A stretch of DNA of 64,000 nucleotides from Azolla caroliniana (taxonomy: Eukaryota > Plantae > Polypodiophyta). Numbering within the stretch: position 1 is the stretch's first letter; each line of letters starts with the position of its first letter. Shown here piece by piece: positions 23,368 through 36,600 of this stretch. The position numbers and the translations under genes were made by a program. The stretch spans positions 11,222,001-11,286,000 of the forward strand of contig JBHGNT010000013.1 in assembly GCA_043228905.1 (NCBI GenBank). Direction: 5' to 3'. The notes beneath the pieces were generated by a model. It was not told the DNA's origin and ran no database searches. It saw nothing but the letters and a program-made list of their open reading frames with translations.

Positions 23368-25914
23368 TTTTCTTCGTCAAGAAAAAGGATGGATCACTTC
23401 GTCTCGTAGTAGATTACTGTGCCTTGAATAAGGTCACCATCAAGAATAGGTACGCACTTCCCCTTATTTCAATTCTTTTAGAACGGATCAATGGTGCAAG
23501 GTTCTTCACAAAGATCGACTTACGAGGAGCATATAACTTCGTACGGATCCTACCAGGAGATGAATGGGAGACCGTGTTTTGCACCAGATATGGGCACTTC
23601 GAGTATACGGTCGTGCCATTCGGCTTCACTAATGCGCCAACAGTCTTCCAACACATGGCAAATGATATATTCCGAGATCTCTTGGATCTTTGTTTGATCA
23701 TCTATTTGGATGATCTACTGTTTTATTTGAAGAGCCAGGAAGAGCATGATTCTTATGTACAATTAGTACTAAAACGACTTCGAGAACATGGTCTTTATGC
23801 AAAGCTAGAAAAATGTAGTTTCGAGTGCAACCAGGTAGAATTTCTAGGCTATGTCATTTCCTCGGAAAGCATCTCCATGGATCTGGCTAAGGTCAAAACG
23901 GTGGTAGAGTGGCAGAATCCGTGTTCGTTGTGAGATGTGCAATGCTTTTTAGGCTTTGCCAATTTCTACTGCAAGTTTATACAAGATTACTCAAAGCTTG
24001 TTCTGCCTCTCACACAACTCACTAGGAAGGGACACTCGTTTTTTTGGTCCGAAGAAGCAGACATGGCTTTTGAGGGTCTTAAGAAGGCATTTACATCAGC
24101 TCCTATTCTGGCTCATGTTGATCTAGAAAAACTATTCATCATCGAAGTAGACGTGTCGGATTTCGCGTTGGGTAGCATTCTGTCACAATAAGGCGATGAT
24201 GAAAAGCTCCATCCTGTGGCTTTCAACTCACGCAAGTTTGACACCGCCGAAATCAACTATGAAATTCATGATAAGGAGCTATTAGCAATAGTGGACTCTT
24301 TTACGCAATGGAGACATTTTCTAGAGGGATCTTGTCATCAAGTCACCGTATTCGGTGATCACAAAAACCTTGCCTACTTTCAAAATGCTCGTGTGTTAAA
24401 TTGACGTCAAGCTCGGTGGGCCCAATTCCTTACACGTTTCGACCTCAAAATGACAGATCATCTGGGGAAGCAACAAGGGAAGGCAGATGCATTATCACAG
24501 CGCTCGTATTTAGCACCGCGTCCTGGCGAGCCAGTTTTCGATAACCAAAAGCAAGTAATCCTGGGACCAACACGACTGCAAGCAACTTAGGTCTTCGGAA
24601 TGCCCTTGGATTCCCACGTTATCGATATCATACGTGAGGACTTGAAGACAGATGCTTTCATCCAAGCCCTTCTAGCACAAATTGATCCCTCTCGAGCAAC
24701 TTGTTCACAGTCGCAACAACCAAGCACGGACTATCGACAATTCAAATGTCATGATGGATTACTATTCTTTAAGAAACTCTTGTATGTTCCTAATCATTCT
24801 TGTCGCTTCGAGTAGTCCAAAACTGTCATGACACATCAAGACTTAACACTAGTAGATCAATATACGATCTTAACAGTAGTAGATCAATATATGAAGATGA
24901 CCCATTTTCTGCCATGTACTGAGGAAGTCTCCAGTGAAGAAACCGCCGAAACTATCATGTGTGAAGTATGTCGGCATCATGGCCTTCCCGATAGTATCAT
25001 CAGCAACCGGGGACCCCAGTTCGTCTTGAAATTCTGGAAGCACCTCTTTAAAATGCTCAAGGTCACTTGTAACCTCTCCTCCGGCTACCACCTGCAAATA
25101 GATGGCCAAGTAGAACGAACAAATCAAACGTTGGAGCAGTATCTTTAGTGCTTTCTAAGCTATCATCAAGATGATTGGGTAGATATTCTCCAGTTCGCCA
25201 AATTTGCGTATAATAACTCCGTCCACTCATCGACAAAGGTTACACCATTTTATGATTATACGGGCTGTCACCCTCGGTGGTGTGTATTTGAAACCCCAGA
25301 GTTACCCACAAATCCTTGTATAGAGGATCGTTTGGAGCAGTTATGCAAGATACAAGCGGATTTATCTACTCATCTACAACAAGCTCAACAAACACACAAG
25401 GTTTACGTGGATCGTCATCGTCTTCCATCCAATTTTAACATTGGAGATCGGGTATGGCTACTTCGACAACACATCAAGACTACTCGCCCATGCGAGAAGT
25501 TGGATTATCGGCAATTAGGTCCTTTCCATATTATCGGAAAAGTTAATGATGCCGCTTTTTGTCTCGATCTACCTCCACAACTTCGGATACATTCGGTGTT
25601 TCATAGTTCTCTCCTCGAACCCTATCAAGACAACACCATCCCAGGTCATATTAAACAACCTCCACCCCCGATCGAACTTGAAGATGGACCTGAGTATGAG
25701 GTTGTCGCCATCCTCGATTCCAAGATTGTTCGCAACAAGCTCTACTATTTAGTCGATTGGCTAGGATATAATCCCAGTGAGCATACTTGGGAGCCAATAG
25801 AGAATGTGAGCAATGCTCATGCTATTCTTGAAGATTTCCATTGTCAATATCCAGACAAATCGGGTCCTCAATACAAAACGATTCGTGATAGTCGTTGTTT
25901 TAAAGGGTGGATAG
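23368..25914 (+). pseudogene. pol: ChrA pol: RT, RNase H, integrase (partly deleted), chromodomain
   Basis: YLDDLL, EVDVSDFALG, DGQVERTNQ, YEVVAILD...DWLGY...TWEP; PPT AAAGGGTGGATAG before the 3' LTR. Confidence 0.93.
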
Positions 25915-26292
25915 TGTCATGACATGGCAAGACTCAAACCCATTACCTTATGTTACATGGGTCGAGCTCTTGACCATTAGACTATATGTTGTAATACGAA
26001 GGATATTATTTTCATTTAAGTTTTGCTATAGAAAATTGATGTATATTCCAGATTTCTCTGGAACATTCTAGAAACTTCAGAAGTACTCTTGAGTACACTA
26101 TAAAAGGAGGCACAATGGTTATCATCATTCTCTCTCTCTCTCTCTCTCCCTCTCACTCACTCACTCACTCTTTCCTTCTCTCGAGAGTTCTACACATCCC
26201 TTAGTACTAATCCTCATCTTTTAGTACTAATTCCTGCTTTGTCTTAGTACTGTTCCTAACAATACTTCTCTGTCTTAGTACTGCTCCTAATA
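25915..26292 (+). repeat. 3' LTR of ChrA (~100-bp internal deletion removing the R/self-primer segment)
   Basis: Aligns to 7313-7790 but jumps from ggaggcacaa to ttatcatcattc. Confidence 0.88.
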
Positions 26293-28634
26293 GAGGCAGG
26301 CACAAGTACAATAACTTGTACCCATTAATGGCGATCAACCTAGAAGGGGTCGTGAACATAGCCGAAAAGACTGACCCAAACCTATGGCATGGCTGACTTG
26401 GTCATATGTCTCAAGCTGGTCTCGATCGATTGATGGCAGTCGGCTACATTTCGAAACTCCAAGCAAAGACTGACTTCTGCGAGCATTGTCGATACAGAGA
26501 ATAGACCCGATGTCCACACTCTCTCCACGACGAGACGGTATGACAACCCCTAGAGCTCGTGCACACAAATATATGTGCGCCCATGCTAGAGTGATCACTA
26601 GGAGGCTCCCGATACTTCATAACTTTTGTAGATGATTGTAGACGGAAGGTCTGGGCCCACTCCATCAGGTCCAAAGATGAAACGCTCGAGGTCTTCTCTC
26701 GGTGGACAACTGAAGTGGAGAACCGGTTAGGATACAGAGTGAAGACACTCCGATGAGACAATGGAGGAGAATACACCTCTCGAGCCGTCAAACAATACTT
26801 GTTCGACAAAGGGATTCGACATCAAAAGACCGTTCCATACACACCGATGCAGAATGGAGTGGCAGAACGGATCACGAACGATCCAGGAGAGGATGATGGT
26901 AATGCTGCAACAAGTTGGACTGAAGTTGGAGTTCTAGGTCGAAGCATTGCAGACGGTAGTATATCTGATCAATATGTCACTGTCAAAAGCAATCAGGCTT
27001 GAAGTGCCACAGGCACTATGGTCAGGCAAACAACCGATCTACGATAGGCTCCGGATATTTAGATGCTAAGCCTATGCATTCATCCCCAAGGAGAAAAGGA
27101 CTAACATGGCATCCCATGCAACAAAGTGCATATTTCTCGGTTATGGAAGTGATGGGGAATTCGTCTATAGGCTATGGGAGCCAGAGAACCGAAAATTGAT
27201 CCGGAGTAGAGACGTAGTCTTCAATGAAGACTCTATCTTCTCTCCGCGGAACCAACAGAATATAGTTGTTAAAAAGGTATCCTTCGAAGGCGACAAAGAT
27301 GTCGTAGAAGGATCGACCCACCGGGCCAACTCAGAGATTCGACAAACAGTCGAACTTGAACAAGCCGACAATATACCTGCCTTCTCCGAATCGGCAACTG
27401 GTCCAATAGTTGAACTCAAAGACAGAGTCAAAGTCAACAAAGACAAAGTCAAATAGACTAGAGTCGAGAATGACAGAGTCAAAAGAGTCAAGAGTCCAAC
27501 TGACCAAAACATCGGATATGGCTCAAATGAGATCCGAGTCGACCGAGTACCCAAGGGAGAACGACATGGCACGACATGAGGATAGGTCATCCATTAAGAC
27601 TCCTGGCACAAATGGTTCAACAAATACCGATCGAAGGATCTGAAGCACTCATTTCGGCACCCAAGAGATTTGGACGAGCTCGAAGGCAAATAGAGTTCTA
27701 TCAACCGGGCCTTAACTATGTCCATTACACCAATGTAGGTGAACCCAACACATATGACGAAGCTATGACCGCACCAGATGCCGGCACATGGCTACAAGCC
27801 ACGAAATCCAAAATGGACTCGATTCACAGGAATCAAACTTGGGAGCTGGTCGAACTACTAGCTGGAAGAAAGCTGCTGCCTTGCAGATGGGTTTTCTAAT
27901 ACAAATATGTATCTAACTCACACAAACCCAAGTACAAAGCTCAGTTTGTTGCAAAAGGATTCAAACAAGAATATGGGGTCGACTATGACAAGATATTCTC
28001 ACCAGTAGTCAAGATGACCACCCTTCGACCCCTCCTAGGAGTCGTAGCGACAAAAGACATGGAGCTCAAGTAGATGGACGTAAAGACGACATTCCTACAT
28101 GGAGATCTAGAAGAAGACAACTACATGTCTCAACTGGCAAGCTTGACGACGACGGGGGAGGAAAATCACCTCGTATGTCGATTGAAGAAAAGTCTTTATG
28201 GCTTGAAATAGGCACCAAGGAAGTGGTACCAGAAGTTTGACTCCTATATCAGGTAGCTTGGATATCACCAATTTGACTCTGACCCATGCATGTACATTCA
28301 ACAACTAGCCGACGAGTCTAGGATTTACCGGATCCTATATGTCGACGACATGTTGATTAGAGGTAGCAATCAAACAGAAATAAGGAAGCTGAAGCGGAAC
28401 CTTTATGACAAGTTCGTGATGAAAGAATTCAGACAAGCCCAAGACCGCTTCCGACGTGGATCTGACTATGGGACATAGACTCTCCTTCAACGGACAAGGA
28501 GAGAGAGCTTAATGGGAAGATGCCCTACCCATTGGCCGTAGGAAGTATCATGTATGCAATGGTGGTGACTCGAACCGACCTACCCTATGGCGTAGGGGTG
28601 GTCAGCTGGTACATGTCAAACCCAAGAAGGAAGC
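26293..28634 (+). pseudogene. pol: CopE 3' part: integrase and RT, degenerate
   Basis: TPMQNGVAER, KCIFLGYG, EPNTYDEA, LYVDDML; truncated by the ChrC LTR. Confidence 0.88.
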
Positions 28635-30031
28635 TATCATAATATTGCAAAACTTGAACCCATGACCTTATGTTACATGGGTTGAGCTCTTGACCATTAG
28701 AATATATGTTGTAATACATAGGATATTATTTTCATTTAAGTTTTACTATATAAAATTGATGTATATTCTAGATTTCTCTGGAACATTCTAGAAACTTCAG
28801 GAGTGCTAAGAACACTATAAAAGGAGGCACAAGGCATTATTTCGAACCAAATCAGTTCAACGTCAATCTTAAGCCTCCTAGCTACTATTGTATATTCTCT
28901 TCACATAATATATATCTTTTGTTATCATCATTCTCTCTCTCTCTCTTTCTCTCTCTCTCTCACTCACTCACTCTTTCCGTCTCTCGAGAGTTCTACACCT
29001 CTCTTAGTACTAATCCTCATCTTTTAGTACTAATTCCTTCTCTGTCCTAGTACTGTTCCTTACAATACTTCTCTGTCTTAGTAATGTTCTTGAAAGTTTG
29101 AACCAATTTTCTCTCCTTCCTCCTCTTCCTTTTATCTTCTTACTTCTCCCTCCCTTCATACTAATCTCTTATTCCTCTTTTCTCTCATACTATGGCCATT
29201 GTTAGCGCTCAAGAATATCAATCTGTCTTTTTGGAGTTGCAATGCTTGAAAGAGAAGTTTCTCGCATTGGAACAAGAAAATCAACGGTTGTTGGGGGATC
29301 TTCAACAAATCTCCTTAGAAAAGTAGCAGACGCAACAACAACATGGGGAACTAACGTTACGCGTGCAACAACTCGAAGCAACCATAGTAGCGATGCAACA
29401 ACAAGGACCCAGTACCCAAGGGATTCATAAAGAACCCAAGATCGGCCTTCCCATGAAATTCGATGGAATGCAATCGCAATTTAGAGGATTCCTTAATCAG
29501 GTACGATTAGTCATTCAAATACATCCTTCCCGATATCCCACCGATGCATCACGAGTGGGTTTAGTAGGCACGTTGTTAAGTGGCTCCGTTGTTAGAAAAG
29601 GAATCTCCTTTATTAAACAATTTTGAAGAGTTTTTAAGTGAGTTTAAAGCCTGTTTTGGAGATATTGACAGCATAAGGACAACAATCAACAAAATTCGAC
29701 GATTACGTCAAGGTGATCGTCCAGCTTCCACATACGCTGTAGATTTCTGCCGATTCGCCTCCGTTATCCCGTGGGATGACCAAGCACTAATGGATCAATT
29801 TCATTATGGTCTACATAACGATGTCAAGGATTTACTCTTGACCTTCCCCAAAGAACGAAAGTCATTGACAGAAGAAATCAGTCACGCGGTGAGATGCGAC
29901 AACCATCTTTTTGAACGACGTTCGGAATGTTAGTTCCAGATGCCAAGGGCAAGATCAGAGCCCACCTACGCCTCAGTGGTAGCAAAACCTTTTCCAAGGG
30001 AGTCATATAATGCGTCTCCGGTGAATACTCC
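28635..30031 (+). mobile_element. Truncated chromovirus ChrC (ChrA family): 5' LTR 28635-29095, degenerate self-priming PBS, gag
   Basis: Highly similar to 7313-8725; breaks at ~30031. Confidence 0.9.
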
Positions 30032-30599
30032 ATGAACTTCCCTAAAGATACTAAAAAAAGAGACGGTAAATCCCTTGGTTTAAGCGACTTCCTAACTAGA
30101 GCCTTTCTTTTACACACATTCCCTGCGAAAGTTGTGTCCACAGTGTCAAATAACTTAACAGGGATTAATATTTCACTACTCAACTCTTTTGGACACTACC
30201 TAAATCTACTAGGTCCACAATCTTGGCATATACCCATGACACATTTATAATTGTGGAAGATAGCCTCAAATCTTGAATCTAAAAAACCACTTATTGATCT
30301 ATGCATACATTGCCAAATGACTTAAAGTGCTATGTCTAGGTAGATTGAGAAATTGGGCAGTCACAAGTGCATACCACATCCTGTAGTGAGGAGCTATGGT
30401 GATGTAGTAGATTAATGGAATCCTTGAGAAAACCCATTTGTACAATGATGGTAAGTGCAACAAGTTAATCGATCCTTTAAGCTTCTCACACAGAATGGTT
30501 TAAGAGAGTCAAATGTTCGTAGTTGAACGTTGATTGTTGGAATCTGCACTTGCTTGAAACTAATAAATAATTCAACCTACATTCAAAGAAGGGGGCCTT

Positions 30600-32000
30600 T
30601 AACTGATATAGCTAACTATCTTTGACTAATAACGGATGTAGCTAATTACCTGATATCGCTAATAAGTTAAGGCCACTAACTGATATTGCTAAAAAGCTAA
30701 GGCCACTAACTTGTAATTAGTTAAGGCCAATAGCTGATATCACTAAAAAGCTATGGACACTAGCTGATATTGCTAATTAGTTAAGGCCACTAGTTGATAT
30801 CGCTAAAACGTTATGACTAGTATGTTGGGAGACAGGTCCCTCTGGATGGGAAGGGAGAAGAACAGTGCCGATGAACAAACTCGGCCGAGGCCGAAACCGT
30901 ATGAGGTGGACCCGGCTACGGAGAGCCGGATGATGCAAACCCGGTGAAGACCGGATGAGGAGTACCCGGCTACGGAGAGCCGGATGGTGCAGACCCGGTA
31001 TGAACCGGATGAGGAGTACCCGGCTACGGAGAGCCGGATGGTACAGACCCGGTGAGAACTGGATGAAGAGACTATATTTGTAAATAGCCGAAAAGTCATA
31101 TTAGTATAAATATGACTTAGGGCAAACCTTTTTTTTTATGATGTGAGTGTTGTTACTTTCTTGTTGGTGCAAGAAGAAGAGAGAGCACGTAACAATGTAC
31201 AGAGATAGAGAGAGGAAGAGGTCGCTGCCTCTGTTGTAACCGCCGCCTGTGGCGAAGATCGTGAGCACGAGGTCGCTGCCTCCGTGAACTCACTGTTTTG
31301 TACATTCTTACATAGTGATAGTTTGTAGCCTGTGGGCTGTCGTGGTTTTTCCCTCTTTGGGTTTTCCACATAAACCTCCTGTGTATCTTCCTCTTCTTTG
31401 TGTCGCGTCTTATTTCCCGTTTTCTGTGTATCAATCTAAGCTCGGTTGTGGCCGAGCGTTGCGCATAAGGAACGACCAGTTCCCGTCATAGTAGTTGATA
31501 TTGCTAATTAGTTAAGGCCACTAGTTGATATCATTAAAAAGCTATGGCCACTAGCTAATATCACTAAAAAGCTATGACAACTACCTGATATTGCTAGTTA
31601 GCTAAATACTTTAGCTGATATCGTTAATTAGCTAAATACTTTAGCTGATATCTCTAATTAGCTAAATACTTTAGTTGATATTGCTAATTAGCTAAAGACT
31701 TTAACTGATCTAGCTATTTAGGTAAGGCCACAAGCTGATATCGCCAATTACCGAAATACTTTAATTGATATCGCTATTTAGCTAAGGCGGGTAGTTGATA
31801 TCATTAATTAGTTAAAAACTTTAGCTGATTTAGCTATTTAGCTAAGGCCACTAGTTGATATCGCTAATTAGCTAAAGACTTTAGCGGATCTCGTTGTTTA
31901 GCTAAGGCCACTCGTTGGTATAGCTAATTAGCTATGGACATTACCAAGTGCTAATGAGCTTTGACCACTACATGTAGCTAATTAGCTTTGGCCACTAATT
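30600..32000. repeat. ~30-bp palindrome-rich tandem array (consensus ~TAGCTGATATCGCTAATTAGCTAAGGCCAC), split by solo LTR
   Basis: Repeated units at ~30600-30815 and ~31490-32000. Confidence 0.85.
30823..31488 (+). mobile_element. Solo LTR (CopL/CopD-related family)
   Basis: TGTTGGG...CGTCA; TSD TAGTA at 30818-30822 and 31489-31493; homologous to 63228-63929. Confidence 0.92.
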
Positions 32001-32715
32001 GTCGCAGGTAATCACCTAGTTATTGTAATGTGTGGAATAGGTGTTCTACTATAGTGCTAGCTACTTGTGACAATAAGCTTAATAATAAGAAAAGAATTAA
32101 ATATTTGTGGCTAATAAGCAATTAAGAACTTCGAATATTGAAGTACAAGACTTAGATAAATAGGAATCTTAGATAAATGTAGATACCTGAGGTACATCAA
32201 GAAGATGATTGGGATGCTCCTTGTATTGATTCCATCCAAAACATTTCTTGCACAAATCGTTCTTATTTAGTGAAACCCTACTCTCATTAGTCCAAAATAT
32301 GGTGATTATATCCTTGATTTTTGATGTTATGGGTGTCACTGGCTTACAACTTGTGGTTAGCTTTAACATACTACTTCCTTCACCACTTGAAATTAACCGA
32401 TTCATTGTATTGTACACAGTTTTTCTACTAACACCAATTACCTTAGATAGCATATTGATGTTAAGATCGTCGACATCACTATTAAATAACACCTTTAAAT
32501 TAGAACTTTTAAGACAAGATCATCTTCTAACTTGCTCATGTTGACTAAACTATTCTGGAGATTATTTACTAGTACATTTGTTACATTTCCATTGAGACCA
32601 TCAAAATCAACTATATCTTTTATCGATGGATCATTTAATATTCTATTAAGTTTTACCTTCTTGTCTTCGTACATGATGTGCTTGGTCAAATTATTGAAAT
32701 AGTCTACAAACTTCC

Positions 32716-33612
32716 TCTCTATGATGCTCCAAACTTCCATTCTCAACCATAGGAGCCACACCTTCATGCATATATAGCCTTTGTACATAGTCTAACATCT
32801 CTTCATTTGTAAAGTGGCCTTTCACATCTTCTTTCTTATCCTTGAGTTGTCCCCATGCTAATTTTGGTTTGAGCTTAAACAAGTTTTTCTTTTTCATCTC
32901 TTGCATTTGGAAATATCTTCTTTTCTTTCTCCTCACTACTTTCTTATATAGGTGCCATGCAACAATCTTTTCATTTCCCCCCTCTATGGACTTAAACCAT
33001 TTGAGATACATCTTACATTCATCGTCAAACCAAGAATCACATGGAAAACTACATGTATGTCTTATGCTCACCCACATGCCTCTTAAAGTATTGATACCCA
33101 ACCTTAAAGATGATATCCTTCAAATGTTACCAATTTTCTTTAATGTTGTTGCTTACAGAAAAATTTAACAAATGGTTCTCCACTTCATTTGCATACATCT
33201 TAGCTTTTTTGTGGCAAGGTCGGATGATACATCTTTTTTCATCTTTCACACCATGGCATATATTGGAGAAATGTGGAATTGTAAGCTCTCGGTACAATGG
33301 CTTGTGGTCCGAGTCCGGAGATAGAGAACGAACATTAAACACATTCACCAATGATAGATCACATGCCAACATTAATGCGTAATCAACCACACTTCCTCCA
33401 CCCGAGGATGGTAAACATGTGATCACATTTGTCAATGGGAATGCCTTTATACCATTTAGGATAATGTAGTTTGTGCAATTTAACATATGTATCAAAAGTT
33501 TTCCATAATTAGACATGACACAATCCTTTGAGTCACGCAAAAGACAATGTTCTACTACATTTTCTTCAAATGTCTCCACATTTTGGAAATTTCCAACTCT
33601 TTCATTGAAGTC
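32716..33612 (-). pseudogene. Non-LTR retrotransposon (LINE) AP-endonuclease and linker fragment
   Basis: DFNERVG...RDSKD...YGKLL...IILNG...GGSVVDY...SDHKPL, then SWFDDECK linker. Confidence 0.8.
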
Positions 33613-33673
33613 AAGGAGAAAGATACAAGAACAACTAGGAGGCTTAAGACTGGCGTTGAACCGAATTGGTTCT

Positions 33674-36600
33674 TGTTGAGAATCAAGCTCAACATAGCAC
33701 AACGTGTGAACACACATTTTGAGAATCTATGATTACTCAAAGGTCAAGAGTCACACCACTACTCTCTACACATTAACTATGTGTCATAGAATAATATTCT
33801 ATAACACATAACTAATGAGTTACATATTCCCCATGACTATGAGTCTTCACATTCCCCAAGAGAGAGAGTGGTTGTTGTAAGTTAATGAAGAGAGAGGGTG
33901 ACTCTATATAAAGCACCCTCCTTATACTTCATACTAAGTTGGTTGTGACTCCTTAAAGAAGAAAGGAAGCGTAATCGACAATGAATACTCAAATGGGGAG
34001 CGCTCTCCCTAGTGAGAAGTTGGACTGAAACAACTTCGCATCTTGGGAGTACAAGATGCACCAATACCTTGTCGGCCAAGGCTATTGGGGTTACATCAAG
34101 GGAGCACAAGAAAACCGACCCAAGCCAAAAGACGCTGACTATGCAACGTGGGAGCAAGCGGCAAGCCGAGTGATGTATTGCTTGGCGACATGTGTTCACG
34201 ACCACATGCTTGGGTACATTCGAGAAGCCGAGACGCCGAAGGAAGCGTGAGAGAATCTACGAAAGATTTTCGCCGCCAACACTACCGCGAGAAAGCTTCA
34301 ACTCCGCCAAGAGTTGAACAACATCCAACAAAGGGATATTTCCATCACAAGCTACACCTTGAAGATCAAGGAGCTTTGCGACTCGCTTGGCTCGATAAGC
34401 GTCAATGTGGACGATGATGAGATGGTGCAAATATGCCTCGGCGGCCTTGCACCATGATTCGGCGTGATGCGGACCGCCGTACTAGCACGGGAGAATCCAC
34501 CCTCATTCGATCTTCAATCTCTGTTGTTGGTCGACGAAAACCATGTTCGAACGAGGAGCAACGCCTTGGAAGGCCACATGCTCTACATGCATTCGGACGG
34601 AGGAAGAGGATGCGGCCGTGCAAGAAGAGGCCGATTCGGCCAAGGACGAGGCGGACGAGGCCCGACGTACAAAAACAACTCACAATTTCGGCATCAAGAC
34701 GGAAGCCATCGAGGAACCTTCGGAAGAAGGGGGAGCTTCCATTCCAGTCCGAACCGACAAAGCTCGGTTGAATGCGGATATTGTGGAAAAATCGGTCACC
34801 ACGAAAAGAATATCGTAAGAAGATACGCGAGTCGGATTCCACTAGCCGATAACTCACCAACTACGCCATCAACTCTGACTATGACGATCACGGTGGAATG
34901 TTCGTGATGAGACATAGAGCGAATTCTATGTCGGCCTCTACTTCTACTAATGCCTCCGGTCCGAAAGATGTATGGTTCGTCGATTCCGGTGCCTCAAACC
35001 ATATGACGTCGCATCAAGAATGGTTCCGAGAACTTCGAGAGCTGGACCGACCTGGGTATGTCAAAACTAATGACGACACTATGCACCCGATTCGGCACAT
35101 CGGCAATGTTCCGTTCGGAGAAGAAGATAAACAAACTTATATTAAAAATGTCTTGCATGTACCAACTATCACGAAGAATTTGGTCTCCGTCGGCCAAGTT
35201 GTAGAGCAAGGAATGCAAGTACGATTTAATCAAGGCAGTTGCTTCATCGAAAAAGAGGGCCGACTCATCGCTTGCGAACGAAGAGAGGGCCGAATGTTCA
35301 TTCTTGACTCACACGAGATGAAATCGGCCATGTTCACAAAGGGCATGAAAGCTAATTCCGACATAGAGTTATGGCACAAGCGGATTGGCCATATCAACCT
35401 CCAAAAGCTCAAGGCAATGCAATCGAAAGGAGTCGTCATCGGGCTCCCGAAATTCACGGAGAAAGAGATTGAAGGCGTGTGTGCCGCTTGCCAATTCGGC
35501 AAGTGACATCGGCACCCATTTCCGAAGGAGCAGAACGTGAGAAAAGGCATACTCGACGTAATTCATTCCGATGTATGGGGATCGGCTAAAATGGTGACAT
35601 TCGGCGGATACCGATACTACGTGACCTTTATCGACGACTTCTCTAGGCACACTTCAATCTACCTGATGCGGCAAAAGAGCGAAGTGTTCAGACACTTCCA
35701 AAATTTCAAGAATGAAGTCGGGAAAGCCACTGGCCGACATGTACGATGTCTTCAACCAGATGGAGGGAAGGAATATTTCTCGGATGAGTTTACGGCGTAT
35801 CTACAGAAAGAAGGAATTCGGTGAGAGTTTTCGTGTCAACATACGCCACAACAAAACGGAGTGACCGAACAAAAGAATTGACACATCCTCGAAGTAACAT
35901 GGGCCATGAACGAAAAGCACGTTCCAAAGTCATACTAGGCAAAAGCGGCTAACACCGCCGTATACCTCATGAATCGGTGTAGGACATCGGCATGCATGAC
36001 CTTACTCCGCACGAGAAGTTCTTCGGAAAGAAGCCGGACCTATCACATGTTTAGATATTCAGCTCCATTGCGTACATGCACATCCCCGACGAGAAGCGTC
36101 AAAAGCTCGACCCGAAGTCGGAGAAATGTATTCTCATAGGATACTCACTGGAGCAAAAGGGGTAAAAGTGCTACAACCCCTCAACTCGAAAAATCTCGAG
36201 TAAGTCGAGACGTCGTTTTCAACGAGTCCACATCCTGGTACGCACCAGAGACAACTTCGACTTCGATTTTGCTCGACCTGGATTCCGCCGAAATAGAGAT
36301 AGACGCAGAAGATCGACTCATGCGCATGTTCGAAGAAACCCCAATTATGACAAGGCTTAGTGGGCCACAAGAGCCACCGAGCGATCAAAGCACATCTCGG
36401 CCGAGTCCGAAGATGGACAAAGGGAAGGTGAAAATGCCGGAGTATGAAGACGATCACTTCGACGGCAACGAATCAACTCACTCCCTCGATAGTGAGTTCG
36501 AAGGCCTTGAGATCCAGACAAATGGAGCGGAGAACGTTGTAGTATCCGCAAACAAGAAGCTCCGCCGATCCACCCGTGAAAAGAACCCCGTAAGCCAATT

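Larger units (their letters stand above)
7313..26292 (+). mobile_element. Ty3/gypsy chromovirus ChrA, full span with nested inserts
   Basis: LTRs 7313-7790 and 25915-26292; TSD GAGGC at 7308-7312 and 26293-26297; CopE reads contiguously across the insertion; gag-PR-RT-RH-INT-chromodomain order. Confidence 0.93.
30035..32715 (-). pseudogene. Sola-like DNA transposase N-terminal half, two exons
   Basis: Exon 1 (~32187-32715): HTH-like GVSRKTVY and FWTNESRVSLNKNDLC...HPNHLLDVPQ ending at donor CAG|GTATCT (32186). Exon 2 (~30035-30560, my translation): RTFDSLKPFCVRSLKDRLTCC, CVMGICQDCG...CPKE, KRKALVRKS. No catalytic core is visible. Confidence 0.55.

Noticed and set aside
30600-32000. ~30-bp palindromic repeats as a CRISPR array
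   Set aside because: Units are head-to-tail and degenerate with no unique spacers, there are no cas genes, and the context is eukaryotic.
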